A DNA stretch of 63,676 nt, filler included, from Asterionella formosa (GCA_002256025.1; 25 parts of 25 records of this genome joined end to end with filler, not necessarily neighbours in it); one strand, 5' to 3'. Shown: positions 11,730 to 25,330, numbered from the whole stretch's first letter. A program made the numbers and translations. The notes: generated by a model not told the origin, from the sequence alone.

Positions 11730-12565
11730 AGTGGAGACTTAAGGTATCTGTGAACCCAAATGGAGAATCGATTTTAACGGAAGGCTGTATGAAACAAAAT
11801 GATGCAAACGACGGTCCGTTAGTGCATGAATTCCGGAACTATTGTAAGGAAGATAATTAAATAAATAAGCAATAATGGTTGCGACGGCGGAAAGTCAAGA
11901 CAATGCAGTCATTGGCGTTGGTGGAAAAAGGAATCGTAGCAAAGAACAGGAAAACAGTAGCAAATCTCAACCGCACATGAATTTTCACGGTTAACGAGCA
12001 AATGGAAGAAAATGACTGCTTTTGATTAATTAAAGCACTCCAAAAGTGAATTCACAAGCCCAAAAACAGGGTATTGTCGTCCAAAACCTGATTTGAATTA
12101 AAAATTGAATTGAAAACGTGGTAAATCGCTACTCGTAGTGTCTGGTATAGTTTCTACGAAAGAGTGATTCGATAGTTGCTGCTGCCATGACGAGATCGAC
12201 GGCGAATCTCTAATTGCATGATTGCTATCACAACAACAGCAATTGTCAATCAGTTGTCTCATGCCCTCGTTAAGTCCAGAGTATGAAAAAAATCGAATCA
12301 ATTTACGCACCAGCACAGATCAAAAGTTCCTCAATCAACATGCAGCGGAGCTTCTCTGAGAAAAGTTACGAGAAAGGGAGGGCTTGATGAGCGTCGTTCA
12401 GTTTCTACTGTACGCTTCCCGAAAGTTCCCGAGCGATAGATGAAAAAGTTCGATGTTGGTTTGGTTTATCGTTTCCGTAAAGTTCGAAAGTAGATCCGGG
12501 TTTCTAGGAGGTCATTCCTGCCATACGTCATCAACATCGTCATGTCGGAGAGTGAGGAATATGTA

Positions 12566-12672
12566 CCTGCAAATTGCGGTCATTTAGCTTAAATAAACAA
12601 TTTAATATGGGATAAAGATAGCTAAACGTTTAGTTTCAGCACAATTACCGAAGAATTACTCCAACTTGCTGG
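12566..12672. mobile_element. ~100-bp MITE, TA-flanked, with CCWGCAA...TTGCWGG termini (Tc1/mariner-like)
   Basis: TA|CCTGCAAATTGCGGTCATTTAGC...AACTTGCTGG|TA; internal sequence is homologous to 27357-27452 and 44873-44967. Confidence 0.75.
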
Positions 12673-13602
12673 TACCTGGTACGACGTACNNNNNNNNNNN
12701 NNNNNNNNNNNNNNNNNNNNNNNNNNNNNNNNNTTAATTAATTAANNNNNNNNNNNNNNNNNNNNNNNNNNNNNNNNNNNNNNNNNNNNTTTGTTCCAAC
12801 AGAAGTGAATAGGTCCAACGAGCGACAAGAGCACTTACGCAATTTGGTTTTGTTTTACATTGGTGCTCCCCAACAAGCGAAACGAGCTGTTGAATCAACT
12901 GAGAAAAAAGGAAATGTGCGTTTAGTTAACAACTTGTTGTTGTGCTGCCTGCCTCCCAACGATTGTCATCCAAGTACCACATTGATGGCTTCATTACCTT
13001 AAACATTCTCCATCCTTCGAAGGCGCAATGTATCGAAGTCACAATGTTTTTCGTTATGTATTGCGAAAACTTTCTTTTCTTGTCATGTGCTTTACTACGA
13101 CGTATCTTTTCATGAAGCAGCAGGCATTGTTTGTTAACATGACAGAACGATTTCAAAAATATATATGCCATGAATATAGTAATAAAATTTGTAAGTATAT
13201 ATATATATATATAGCGTTATACATTTTATAAAATTCAAAGGCGCTCTCGATATGGAACATCTGATATGGTTGAGATGATCATACTCGCATATACATAATT
13301 CGAAAATACTCAATGCACCATATGTCCATTGTTTTCCACGACTACATGTACCGGAATTGTTTCTGAAATTTGTTTGCATCGATATTTTCTACGTCTGTTG
13401 AAACTAATTATTTAGACCGTTCAATTGCCGCAAGGGTTTTGGTAGCAAATTGTTTAAGCCCCTTTTTTTGTTGGGAGCTCTTCATGTGTACCGGTACATC
13501 ATACCGGTATGACAATAACAATATATCATATATATACAGAGCACCAGTAACAGGTAGTAGTAAGTGATATACTGGGGGTAGTCGGAGTAGTAAACTAGCA
13601 AC

Positions 13603-14045
13603 AGAACACCATATGTTCAGGACTGTTGCTACTGCAGTGGGACAGTAAATCATCATAGTTTTAGGATTGTATGATCGTAAAAAACACCAAAAAAACACCA
13701 TATGTTTATGACTGTTGCAATTACAGTGGAACAGTAAATCATCATAGTTTTAGGATTGTATGATCGTAAAACTAAAAACAAATCAAAAACTATATGTTCA
13801 GAACTGTTGCTACCATAGCACACTGCAGTGGAACAGTAAATCATCATAGTTTTAGGATCGTATGATCGTAAAACTAAAAAGCAGTAGTCGGAGTAATAAG
13901 CAAGCAATATCACACCATAGTAAATCATCATAGTTTTAGGATTGTATGATCGTGAAACTGAAAAGCGGTACCGGTAGTCGGAGTAATAAGCAAGCAATAG
14001 AACACCATATGTTCATGACTGCTGCTACTACAGCGGGACAGTAAA
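13603..14045. repeat. Minisatellite, ~60-110-bp variable units
   Basis: Core TAAATCATCATAGTTTTAGGATTGTATGATCGTAAAA occurs four times, alternating with ACCATATGTTCATGACTGTTGC-type blocks. Confidence 0.9.
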
Positions 14046-14060
14046 TGAATTTAAGATCAT

Positions 14061-14805
14061 CGAACTTTAAGGAAGACAACGACAACAGCTGGTCGTGTTG
14101 CTGGTCCACTTTTAATGGCCGAAGAAGGAAGCGACGAAAAGATCACCATTATGAGCGGAACGAGAGAAATCGCTTACGACACCAAGTCTGGACGATTCTT
14201 TGAGACTAACTTGCAGGAAGAAGAATGCATTCCTGACGAGGAATACTGTGTCGTCGATCCGGAAAGTGGGGAACTCATTCGTCTCACAGTAGCCGAAAAG
14301 GAGCATATCTTTCTGGACGCGCTTCAGTCCTACTATGCCACTGGAAGGCAAGCTCAAGGATGACGAGTTTGACCTATTGAAGGAAGATTTGCAATGGAAC
14401 GGATCTGACATGGTTGTCATGAAGCGAAAGGAAGCCACATATCTCGCCGCCATGCAGGCATACTTGAAAGGTGAACCGATGATGCCAGATGCTGAGTTTG
14501 ACGCATTGAAGACGGAGCTCAAGGAAACTGGATGGAAGTTTGCAGTCTCAACATCTCCAAAATGCTAGATCGACACTGGAATTTGCACTGTCACATTGAA
14601 AGAAGACCAATTCAGATCAAATCTTCTCTACCTTCCCGCCATTATTGTTCTCTCAAGTGTTTGGCTTAGTATTGGTTTCGAACTCTGGTCGACTGTGTTG
14701 AGAATCAACCCATTGTTCTTCCTCCTCATTGGCACTCCGTTCCTCTACACCGGATTTAAATTTATTACAGAGGAGCTTCTCTTCCCTGATAAATTCATTG
14801 CTTTC
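14061..14805 (+). pseudogene. PGRL1: PGR5-like protein 1 (PGRL1) pseudogene fragment
   Basis: LTVAEKEHIFLDALQSYY, DDEFDLLKEDLQWNGS, YLAAMQAYLKGEPMMPDAEFDALKTELK, two TM helices. Transit-peptide remnant (TTTTAGRVAGPLLM/AEE) without a signal peptide, frameshift near 14352, TAG at 14566-14568, truncated before the Cys-rich C-terminus. Confidence 0.88.
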
Positions 14806-15346
14806 TCCAGTGATTTCGCCTATTGATCGACCAACACTTGCTACACTTCCTCCTGATGCACCCCCAGTTTCTTCTGTATCTCCAGTCGCTTCTCCTAGCC
14901 CAATCACAGAGGGTCCTATTACATCTCTTTCTCCAGTGATTTCGCCTATTGATCTGCCAACACTTGCTACACTTCCTTGTTAAACAGAGCACAGTGTAAT
15001 ATGCATGTTCCGCCAGCGTAGTGTTTACACAATACACATGCTGGCATATACCGGTATATAGCTAAAACAAGGACAGACGACACGACTATGAACGTGATGG
15101 CCGGTTGTTGAGGATACCGGTATGTGATATGCATCAATCCATATCACAAATCATATTATAGTGATGTACATATCAACGCATCCGTATACTTAGATCCTAT
15201 CCACTGTATAATACTATCATATTAAGTGTTGACTTTAACTGTATACNNNNNNNNNNNNNNNNNNNNNNNNNNNNNNNNNNNNNNNNNNNNTTAATTAATT
15301 AANNNNNNNNNNNNNNNNNNNNNNNNNNNNNNNNNNNNNNNNNNNN

Positions 15347-17690
15347 GGGAAGTGTGCCAGTGAAAGTATTGTCAAATAAATATAGATAATTGAGACTTGT
15401 CAAGAGTCCAATCTCTGTGGGAAGTGTGCCATTGAAAGTATTGTAAGACAAAACTAGATAATTGAGACTTGTCAAGAGTCCATTCTCTGTGGGAAGTGTG
15501 CCAGTGAAAGTATTGTCAAACAAATATAGATAATTGAGACTTGTCAAGAGTCCAATCTCTGTGGGAAGTGTGCCATTGAAAGTATTGTCAGACAAATATA
15601 GAATATCGAGACTTGTCAAGAGTCCAATCTCTGTGGGAAGTGTGCCATTGAAATTATTGATGGACAAATCTTGATAATTGAGACTTGTCAACCTCCAAGT
15701 CTCTGTGGGAATTGTTCCAGTGAAAATATTGTTGGACAAAGATAGAGAAAAGAGATTTTTCAAGAATTCAAACTCGGTGGGAAGTTTACCAGTTAATCGA
15801 TTAGGAACCAATGATAAGAATGTTAAGCTTGACAAGAGTCCTAGCTCAGTTGGAATTTTTCCAGTTAGATCATTTCCATTTCGAATTTGGTGATCTCCAT
15901 GTCCAAAGTTCAAATGTCCTTTTTTTGTTTGGGAAACAAAGGTGCAAAGCCATGAATGAGATATATTCAGTACATACCACTGGCAATTTCTTATTCTTTG
16001 ATATACTTACGTAGTTTTAGCAACTGAAGCCACTCTGAACTGATTTTTCCAGATAATAAAATATTGTCACCAAAGTCTAATGTCGCTGAATAGGAGAAAA
16101 ATACAAAAATGAAGTGGAACCATTTCACACCCATTTGTCATAAAAACCATAAGCAGCACTTACAAAGATTAGTCATAGATTCAGAGATGGGTGGTAGCTG
16201 TGCAATTATATTAGATGAGCAATTGAAGTACTCTATAGAAATAGCCATAAAAAAAGGTTTTGGTTTAGAAAAATCTTCAAAACTGTTTTCCGATATCCTT
16301 GTCACTCACCTAGATTTGAAAGCTTATTGAAGCTTGAAGGTAGTTCCAAAATCGTATAGTTGCTCAAATCTATGTACCCTGTTCAACGAAATAACAGGCA
16401 AAAGTGGTTGTTAGATTGCAAAATTCAGCGAAACCATGTTTTCTTTCAAATCTTTGATTACTCAATTTTTGACCAAGAGCCGCTATCTCTGGAGGAATAG
16501 ATCCAACAAGACCCTCACCATTCAGTTGCAATGATGTAATGTTTGTTCCAATGCAACCAATCCCTCTCCATTCACAAAAGTTGTATTCACCAAAATCATT
16601 TTTTTGCAACCATTGATCACGGGATAGAGACACAGAACTTGTCCATGCTTTACCAACTGCTTCATAATAGAGAACCACCAAAACATAGAATTGAAGCATG
16701 TTAAAGTCTAAGCTGTGGTCATTTAGCTCTGTATTCAACCATGACATCGCCCTTTCCTGAGATGAGCCAGTATTTCCAAGTGCTGTTCCATATTCAAATG
16801 TACTGACAGCCAAGAAACCAAACAAATTTGAAGAAGGGCTTTGTGATGCAGTTTCTGATGGAGCTGTTGATGGAATTTGAGAACCTGTTGGTGCTAATGT
16901 GGGGTTAGGGGTTTGTTTAGGTTTTGTGAGCTGAATGGGAGTTGCAATGATGGTGAAACAAGCCAATTACCAAAAATAACACCAAGGCCGTCCGCACTTG
17001 ACGTGTACATTGAGCTTGTTGACAGCTTCAATGTCAACAACAGAGGCTCTTGCAAGTTCTGGATGAACCACTAGCTCAGCATTGAATAGTGTTGTATGTT
17101 CCAGCTGGCCATCGTTGGTGTCAATAGCAACATTGTCATTCACATAAGAATTGTTCTGTGATGATGTCACTAATCCCAGTACTGGAAATGCACCAGGAAG
17201 TGTCTGATGTGGTGGTGGTGGTGGTGGTGCTACAACTTCTTGATTCGGAACTCTTGTTGGTTCCATCAAAGACACCTCGCATTTTTTCGCTGCAGTTGTT
17301 GCATCGCTCATTCTTTGACTCCCATTGTATCTTGTCATGTAGGGTGAGGAAGTGGCGCCATTGCAGTTGCAACTGGTATTGCAGCATCGCCACATATCAT
17401 AGTGTCATGGTATCTGGTACGTAGAATGTGCTTTGTTGTTGGGAATGGAAGATTGCCTGCTCGCTTGAAACATGTTGCCATTGTTTTCGTTTGTGCCGCT
17501 GTCCACTCTGTTGACTGTTTTTTCAGAGTTCTGATTGCCGCTGTGTGTGCATCTATTTTCTTATACTCTCGCTCACTCTACACTTCTTCCGCAAGCCTCT
17601 TCCTTATCAGCTCTTCATCGACCACTTCAAAAGTTACCTCCCTGCAGCAACATGAAGACCGGCTGTGTATTGTTTAGGTGACCGTTCCAT
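15347..17690 (-). pseudogene. LRR membrane protein, paralogue of 8630-10132; disrupted and/or multi-intron
   Basis: LPGAFPV, GSSQERAMSWL, LQFYVLVVLYY, FCEWRGIGC and 24-aa LTSLNYLYLFDNTFTGTLPTEIGL repeats, split over ORFs 16967-17395, 16370-16966 and 15299-15913. The 5' region has stops and a frameshift in the TM segment. Confidence 0.72.
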
Positions 17691-18094
17691 GGTGTTTGTT
17701 ATTGTTTCCAGACAGAGATATGGATATTATCTAGTTCTATACTCTTTCCCAAGTAATTGGTCTGTTCCACAACATGGAAAGGTGTTACAGTTGTAACCTA
17801 ATTNNNNNNNNNNNNNNNNNNNNNNNNNNNNNNNNNNNNNNNNNNNNTTAATTAATTAANNNNNNNNNNNNNNNNNNNNNNNNNNNNNNNNNNNNNNNNN
17901 NNNGTAAATGATAACTAATTTCGTATCTATGAAACAATGCATTTGCAGAGGATGTTATTTCTATATATCTCCAACGTCTGCGCGTCCTTCCAATATCTAC
18001 TCATTACCTCAATCGTTTCGACTGGTGGCATCGAGTAAAACATTTGCGAGAACAAATGGATCGATGGGATATTGATCACAAACAGGAAGAAACA

Positions 18095-18457
18095 TTCATG
18101 ACAACCATGTCAGATCCGTTCCATTGCAAATCTTCCTTCAATAGGTCAAACTCGTCATCCTTGAGCTTGCCTTCCAGTGGCATAGTAGGACTGAAGCGCG
18201 TCCAGAAAGATATGCTCCTTTTCGGCTACTGTGAGACGAATGAGTTCCCCACTTTCCGGATCGACGACACAGTATTCCTCGTCAGGAATGCATTCTTCTT
18301 CCTGCAAGTTAGTCTCAAAGAATCGTCCAGACTTGGCGTCGTAAGCGATTTCTCTCGTTCCGCTCGTAATGGTGATCTTTTCATCTCTTCCTTCTTTGGC
18401 CATTAAAAGTGGACCAGCAACACGACCAGCTGTTGTCGTTGTCTTCCTTAAAGTTCG
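18095..18457 (-). pseudogene. PGRL1: PGRL1 pseudogene fragment (5' part), copy 2
   Basis: Near-identical to 14061-14422, including the same frameshift (GGAAGGCAAGCTCAAG); breaks off at 18095 against unrelated sequence. Confidence 0.87.
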
Positions 18458-19783
18458 ATGATCTTAAATTCATTTACCGGTACTGTCCCGCTGTAGTAGC
18501 AGCAGTCATAGACATATGTATATGGTGTTCTATTTATACAATCCTAAAACTATGATGATTTACTATGGTGTTCTAGCGCTTGCTTATTACTCCGACTACC
18601 AGTACCGCTTTTCAGTTTCAAGATCATACAATCCTAAAACTATGATGATTTACTGTCCCACTGTAATTGCAACAGTCATGAGCATATGGTATTCTATTTG
18701 TTTTTAGTTTTACGATCATACGATCCTAAAAGTATGATGATTTACTGTCCCAATGTAATTGCAACAGTCATGAACATATGGTGTTCTTTTGAATTTTAGT
18801 TTTATGATCATACGATCCTAAAACTATGATGATTTACTGTCCCACTGCAGTAGCAACAGTCATGAACATATGGTGTTCTTTTGAATTATAGTTTTATGAT
18901 CATACGATCCTAAAACTATGATGATTTACTGTCCCACTGCTGCAGTAGCAACAGTCATGAACATATGGTGTTCTGTTGCTAGTTTACTACTCCGACTACC
19001 CCCAGTATATCACTTACTACCTGCTACTGGTACTCTGTAAATATATATGATATATTGTTATTGTCATATGATGTACCGGTACACATGAAGAGCTCCCAAC
19101 CAAAAAAGGGGCTTAAACAATTTGCTACCAAAACCCTGGCGGCTATTTAACGGTCTAAATAATTAGTTTCAACGGACGTAGAAAATATCGATGCAAACAA
19201 ATTTCAGAAACAATTCCGGTACACGTAGTCGTGGAAAACAATGGACATATAGTGCATTGAGTATTTTCGAATTATGTATATGCAAGTATGATCATCTCAA
19301 CCATATCAGATGTTCCATATCGAGAGCGCCTTTGAATTTTATAAATGTATAACACTTAATATTTATATATATATTTACAAATTTTATTTCTATATCCATG
19401 GCATATATATTTTTGAAATCGTTCTGTCATGTTAACAAAAAATGCCTGCTGCTTCATGAAAAGATACGTCGTAGTAAAGCAAATTAAAAGAAAAGAAAAT
19501 TTTCGCAATACATAACGAAAAACATTGTGACTTCGACACATTGCGCATTCGAAGGATGGAGAATGTTTAAGGTAATGAAGCCATCAATGTGGTAGCTACT
19601 TGGATGACAATCGTTAGGAGGCAGGACAACAACAAATTATTAACTAAACGCACATTTCCTTTTTTCTCAGTTGATTCAACAGCTCGTTTTGCTTGTTGGG
19701 GAGCACCAATGTAAAACAAAACCAAACCAAATTGCGTAAGTGCTCTTGTCGCTCGTTGGACCTATTCACTTCTGTTGGAACAA
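18458..19783 (-). mobile_element. Left arm and minisatellite of the PGRL1-carrying element, copy 2
   Basis: Reverse-complement homology to 12790-14060; minisatellite at about 18480-18980 with five cores. Confidence 0.75.
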
Positions 19784-21759
19784 AGCTGACAAAACATTTA
19801 CCTTCTCTCAAAGTTAAGATGACAAAAATGTACCGGTAAGTTTTATTCAACAACATTGGATACCCGAAACGTACTTATTCAAGAATTTACTGACAAGTTA
19901 CTATTACAGACTTATGCATCAGTTGCATTGATTTGTGGTAAGTGAAGCAAGAGGATACGATGGAATTGCGTGTCGTTGTTTCAATGTAACATGACTACTT
20001 GCTAACAAATCATTCCTTCTCATTGTTTCTGTAACTGCATAGGTTGCTGCAATGTCAATTGAATCCTCGACTCAAATAAAAGAACTCTGCAATACAGTTG
20101 AATGGTGAGTGTGTTCTTGTTGTGTACCTAAATGCTAGTATGGCTTGTCAGCTCACGCATTGTTGTTGACAACAGGCAGGGACAATGAGGTCCGGAATGA
20201 ACTGGCTGTGTGTTGCTTTCTGCTGTTGCTAGTTCTATCATATACATTACTGACACACTGTTGTTATGAAAATCTCTGCAGGTCAATGAAGAAGTCATTT
20301 CAAGTACAAGAAGGAAATCAGTGTGTGAGGATGCATTCATGTTGCAACTTCGTAGAATGNNNNNNNNNNNNNNNNNNNNNNNNNNNNNNNNNNNNNNNNN
20401 NNNTTAATTAATTAANNNNNNNNNNNNNNNNNNNNNNNNNNNNNNNNNNNNNNNNNNNNTGGTGTCAATTTTCTAACAAAAAATCGTAAATAAATAGTTG
20501 AAGTTGAAGACAATTCCATGACGCATCAAGAAAATAAGCGTGACTGGTGTCAATTTTAACAAAAGATCGTCTTCGCATTGCTAAATGCAGTCCTGTGATG
20601 TATCAAGAATACAACCACCATTTCAAGCGTAAATTTGTACATAATAATTTTATACTCAGTGGCAATGACAGGGCACATGCATCTTAATGCAACCGACCAC
20701 GCATGGGATATGAAACAACGGTCAAACATAAGGTTCATGGAGTTAACATTACTAACACTACTAACCTTGTTCCTGTTCGGAATCCTGTGGTTCCTGTTCC
20801 TCTCCTGTCGTAGAAATTCTATGCGGAGCAAATTATCATACTAACACAGCTAACTCTATTCATGTTTTTTCTTCCGTGCATGTTTTATACAAGCAAATCC
20901 ATGGGTTAACTCTATGATGATGTCTGGTTAGGGTACTGTGCCGATGGCCATACCTGCCGACTATTATGAATCTGCCCAGGAAATTTTAGTGGTCATGAAC
21001 CCTCCTGTTGGTCAGTTAGTGGCCGATGTACCTAATAAAAAACCAGCAGAATGCTGAACATATCGCCTTAACAGAAGTATGTGCGACAAAAGCAACAATG
21101 CTATGATTTTAATAATATACATATAGATATATTTATGAGCGACAGCACATTGAATATGTCTTACGTCAATCATTACCTGAATAACTTTTGTTATTTACAG
21201 GATAATTACAGGTTGGATATCACCGCTATTTTAACACGGGATATTTTAAAATGCAAAGCTTAATTGCATTTCATTCTCATGTCATAAACAACCCAAGCAT
21301 TGGTGGCTGCGTTGTATATGCATGACATAAGATGAATATTATTTGATCGCGGTGGGTCCTGATCTTTAACTTATGAATGGATTGCACTTCAGGACATTTC
21401 GTTGTAAATCGAACATTTATAATTAATATATACCATGCATAGCAGGTATAATCCCACCTTTTTTTTCTTCCTTTGCCAGTACTCAGCATGATGCTCTCAA
21501 AATTTAATCCGTCAGCTTGTATCTTGCAACAGAAGTACCTGGTCGTAGTACATTCTGCGAGTTTGCTCATTTGTCCAGCTGATTATTTTATGACGGATAA
21601 TTTACAAATACCATGTCCTGTCTGTATGGTGGATATATCAGTGTTTTTCTGCATGTCATGCATTCCTACAATGATACGCACAGAACATTTGCACAATGGT
21701 TTGTTACATTTTGATACACCTATCAAGGATTATGTTTACACATGGAACATTTAAGCTCC

Positions 21760-22915
21760 TAACTATACAGATACGGAAATATGCTGTTATGGCTGAAGTC
21801 TTCCAGCACCATTCTATATGAAATGGTCTGTTAAAGAAACTGACTCATTGGGATATCGATAAACTCCAACCGACTTCAAACTTTGGTCTTCAAATCTTAA
21901 AACAGGATTGAAATGGAACTTGACCATTTGTATGGTTACCTATGCATACATCAACAAACTTGTGCATCAATGAAAGTATTGTTAGTTGCAGATACACTCA
22001 TGAGTTATCCTGATCGTAATTTTCCTTTCCATATTTTTTACTAATGTTTCTGATTGTCAATTAAGAAACTTTCAAAGAATTTCGCTCTATGTCATTGAAT
22101 GCGGTTCTACATGTTCACACTGAACATCATATTTTTTCTTTATTACCCTACACAGAAACTCAGCGTGTTCTCCGGTGGAGGATTTATATTGAAGAATATC
22201 TTCTCACTTTTCACAATATGAAGGGTACTGATAATGTGAAATATTACAGATTCTATCTCTTGCCTCCCGAGGCTTGAGTCTTTGGTGGGGGATGATATTG
22301 GACCGAAATCTTCAGCATCAACATCCATTTCTACTTTCTCAATTGAAGTAGATGATGAACCTTTGTTTACCTGTTCCCTCAATCATCCAATTTTGGCAGA
22401 CAATATTCAATATCCTCTGGAATATTACTCAATACATGATAGACAATTGCTGGATATACAATTGATTCTCAATCAAACAACTCATCTCATTCTCAATCAA
22501 CAAACCAAACACATCTGTTAAATTTTCCCTCTATCAATTTTCATCATATACATTTAATGTATTTTGTGAAGAATCCAGGAGATACCTGACGTATTGTTAT
22601 TCCTACATCACTATCGAATCCTATGGTACAGTTACTTTTCAACAAACTATGCATACAACGGAACGAATTAATATCCATTACATCAAACCTTTTCAAAGGT
22701 AAAAGGTTTTCCCTTGGTGTGGGAGAGTGAGCGATCTTGCGCATCAATACAGATGTATATAGGGTTAGTGTTATATCATATATGTATAAGAACTCAATAA
22801 TGAGAGAACTCGACTAACCCTCATTGTATACTTTGGTGTCGACTTGGAGAACGAGTTACACACAAGGATTAACAAATAAGCTCATATATTCAACAAATAC
22901 TACTACTTCTAGTTA
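21760..22915 (+). mobile_element. Highly degenerate Ty3/Gypsy relic (RT/RNase H) with PPT and 3' LTR start
   Basis: TQRVLRWRIYIEEY...FH..KG.DNV RNase H-end motif. Purine tract GGGAGAG is followed by TG at 22728. The downstream sequence is homologous to 38966-39178. Confidence 0.65.
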
Positions 22916-23015
22916 NNNNNNNNNNNNNNNNNNNNNNNNNNNNNNNNNNNNNNNNNNNNTTAATTAATTAANNNNNNNNNNNNNNNNNNNNNNNNNNNNN
23001 NNNNNNNNNNNNNNN

Positions 23016-23615
23016 TCGTGAAGCTTCCACAATTGCTGATATGTATTGTTCTTGACGTTTACATAATGCCACAAGTCTGGTCATATCATTAATTTTCGAT
23101 TCAAGAATTATCTTCTTCATAGTCTTCCTGAATGATCCCTCACCGGAAAATAATATCATTTGATATTCGGTTAGAAGGTCCAACGCTTTTTGGTACTCCC
23201 CATTGGCTCTGTAAACATCCGAAATATTTTCAACAATACCGACAACAAACAAAACAATTGTAGCTAATTCGTCGACGTTACCATGATTGATTTGCCATGC
23301 ACGAATCATTCTGCTTTCGTTCTCCAACCATGGCATAACATCCAGATCGTAAATCTGCATAGCTTCATCGTAAGCTCTCAGCTGTGAGTGGAAGAAGCCT
23401 ATTTGCGAGGATATTATTGCGACCGACATGTTGCTCTCGTCTGACGACATGGTTGATTTGTACGCCTGGCAATGATCCAAGAGCAAGTCCCAGCTGCCAG
23501 TAAAATGCAAGACTACATTGAAGCACGGTCTATCTCCAGGGAACAAACGAGCATAGAACACCACAAAGACTGCCATAAGGAGACTCACGACAAAAAGGAT
23601 CCTCCCTATTGACAT
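23016..23615 (-). CDS. Hypothetical protein with an N-terminal signal/TM anchor and helical (TPR-like) body, 3' truncated
   Basis: 200-codon open frame from ATG 23615; hydrophobic ILFVVSLLMAVFVVFY; NISDVYRANGEYQKALDLL resembles a TPR helix. Confidence 0.5.
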
Positions 23616-24857
23616 TTTTCGCGCAAAAAAACGACCAAGAAAGTGAAATGTGAGAACAAGTAGCTATACCGGAGCTTGTTATTACATCACTGGTTTGAAT
23701 TATAGGCATCACTCTGCCGGTACCCTGGTACTCCCTGGTACTCCTGGTACTCCTCGTACCTGGTATCTGGTAGAATGATCAATTTCAATTCAATCCACGA
23801 CTAGACCAATCCGAGTTGATTACCTTGTTCGTCCATCAAGGATGTCCCCATGACGCAGGAAACAAAAATACCTTGTATTGTTGGCAATTTTGGTACGTTT
23901 TCGTTCGGTTTTCATCCTCCAAATCCAGCAAGTTGCGGTAATTTTGCTTATTGTGCTACCTACGTCGTCGTCCGGGCAATACCGGTATTGTGATTCCACT
24001 TGCAAGTTGATACATGTGTAACTCTTTGACGGCCGCTTGATTAATCAACCGGCCGGCTTGTTGTGCCGAATTATATTTAGATTAATCTTATTTTAAGACT
24101 AAAATATTGAGACCAATCTGTTTTGCTTATTCTGCCATTTGCTTCAATTGATTTTGCTTAAAAACCAGGTTCCGGTAAACAGTACATCTAAGGTACCAGG
24201 TACAATAGATGTACAGTATCAGTTTTGTGCACAGCCAGGGGTACATATTTATAGGTACCAGGTGTAAGGTACTCCGTACCACTTATAATGGTCTGCCTAC
24301 ATAGATACTGGTATTACACGACTGCACCAGGTTTCATCAATTTTTATTTACTGAATAATAAAGGTTATGGATAAGACACAAAATGCGAGAAATTTATATC
24401 CATCGTTGTACACAATATAAGATGAGAACTCCAAACTTGGGATAATTCGTGCTTTTCACTTTTTTTCCGATCCCCTTTTTTGACCTAAATTAACGAAAGA
24501 TCGACGTCCAATCGGTTGAGAACTAACAGTATGACTCCATCCGGTATATGCACAAGATAAATTCTGGAGCTTAAGAAATAGAAAACGAATGATTTTTCAT
24601 AACAAAACGTGTTTTTTATACCGTCAGTGGGTCAATGCAGTTCGAAATTTTTTCCAGTGGGTCAATGCAGCTTTTTACTGGTACCTGTTCCTGTCGTAGT
24701 ATAATCATGATATTATACTGGCAAATACAAGACATGACAGGTAACAGTGAAATGATAGTCAAACAAAAAATATTTTCAAACAAACCCATAATGCATCAGT
24801 GATTCCATGAACAATTTGAACGAAACAAAATCGCCTGTCCTATCCTTCTAACACACC

Positions 24858-25268
24858 ATGCTCCCTCTCTCTGCTTCCGATTTTCTTGATCTGGGCCTTC
24901 TTCATGAAGGATTTGATGAGAATAGGAATGAAAGAACTTGCGATGCAATGAAACTTTGACGATTTTGTTCATTCTTCGGTCTCAGTCCACAGATTTCCAT
25001 GAAGATATTTTCTGCATTGGAGTCAATGGATCATATTGGAACAGATCGAGTTAACAAGCCCGACCCTCTTTTCTTCTTGATCACAATGGATTGGTTGAGT
25101 ACATTTAAGACTGAAGAGGAATTGGCTGGATCCTACAACATGGTGGAGAAGACCATACGTAAGCGTATTTGGGATTATGCACTTGCAATACAAGCGCTTA
25201 AGGCGGAAAAGGTGTCTCATAGTCAGATGCCTGCTTCGTCAATCCGAGGTAGTAGTTATAGTCATTAA
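24858..25268 (+). pseudogene. N-terminal fragment of a Harbinger/ISL2EU-type (DDE_Tnp_4) transposase
   Basis: ATG 24858 is in frame with ORF 24999 across one TGA. RFCSFFGLSP...FLITMDWLSTFKTEEELAG...EKTIRKRIWDYALAIQALK resembles the HTH region of these transposases. Confidence 0.6.
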
Positions 25269-25330
25269 CTGACTTCTTGATGGTGTGAGAAGCATGATTG
25301 CTTCCTCCCATGGCTTGAAACTTGCCCTTG

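Larger units (their letters stand above)
12790..15246 (+). mobile_element. Composite repeat element, copy 1 (left arm, minisatellite, PGRL1 fragment, Pro/Ser-rich fragment, right arm)
   Basis: 12790-14422 is homologous to the reverse complement of 18095-19783; 14977-15246 is homologous to 49789-50126. Termini are not within the contig. Confidence 0.7.

Noticed and set aside
18480..18980. CRISPR-like look of a ~37-nt core recurring about every 81 nt (also 13603-14045)
   Set aside because: The intervening sequences are themselves repeats, not unique spacers; no cas genes; eukaryotic context. It is a minisatellite.
24185..24192. CATCTAAG octamer as another transposon end
   Set aside because: Not followed by the CCGCG/subterminal sequence; chance match.
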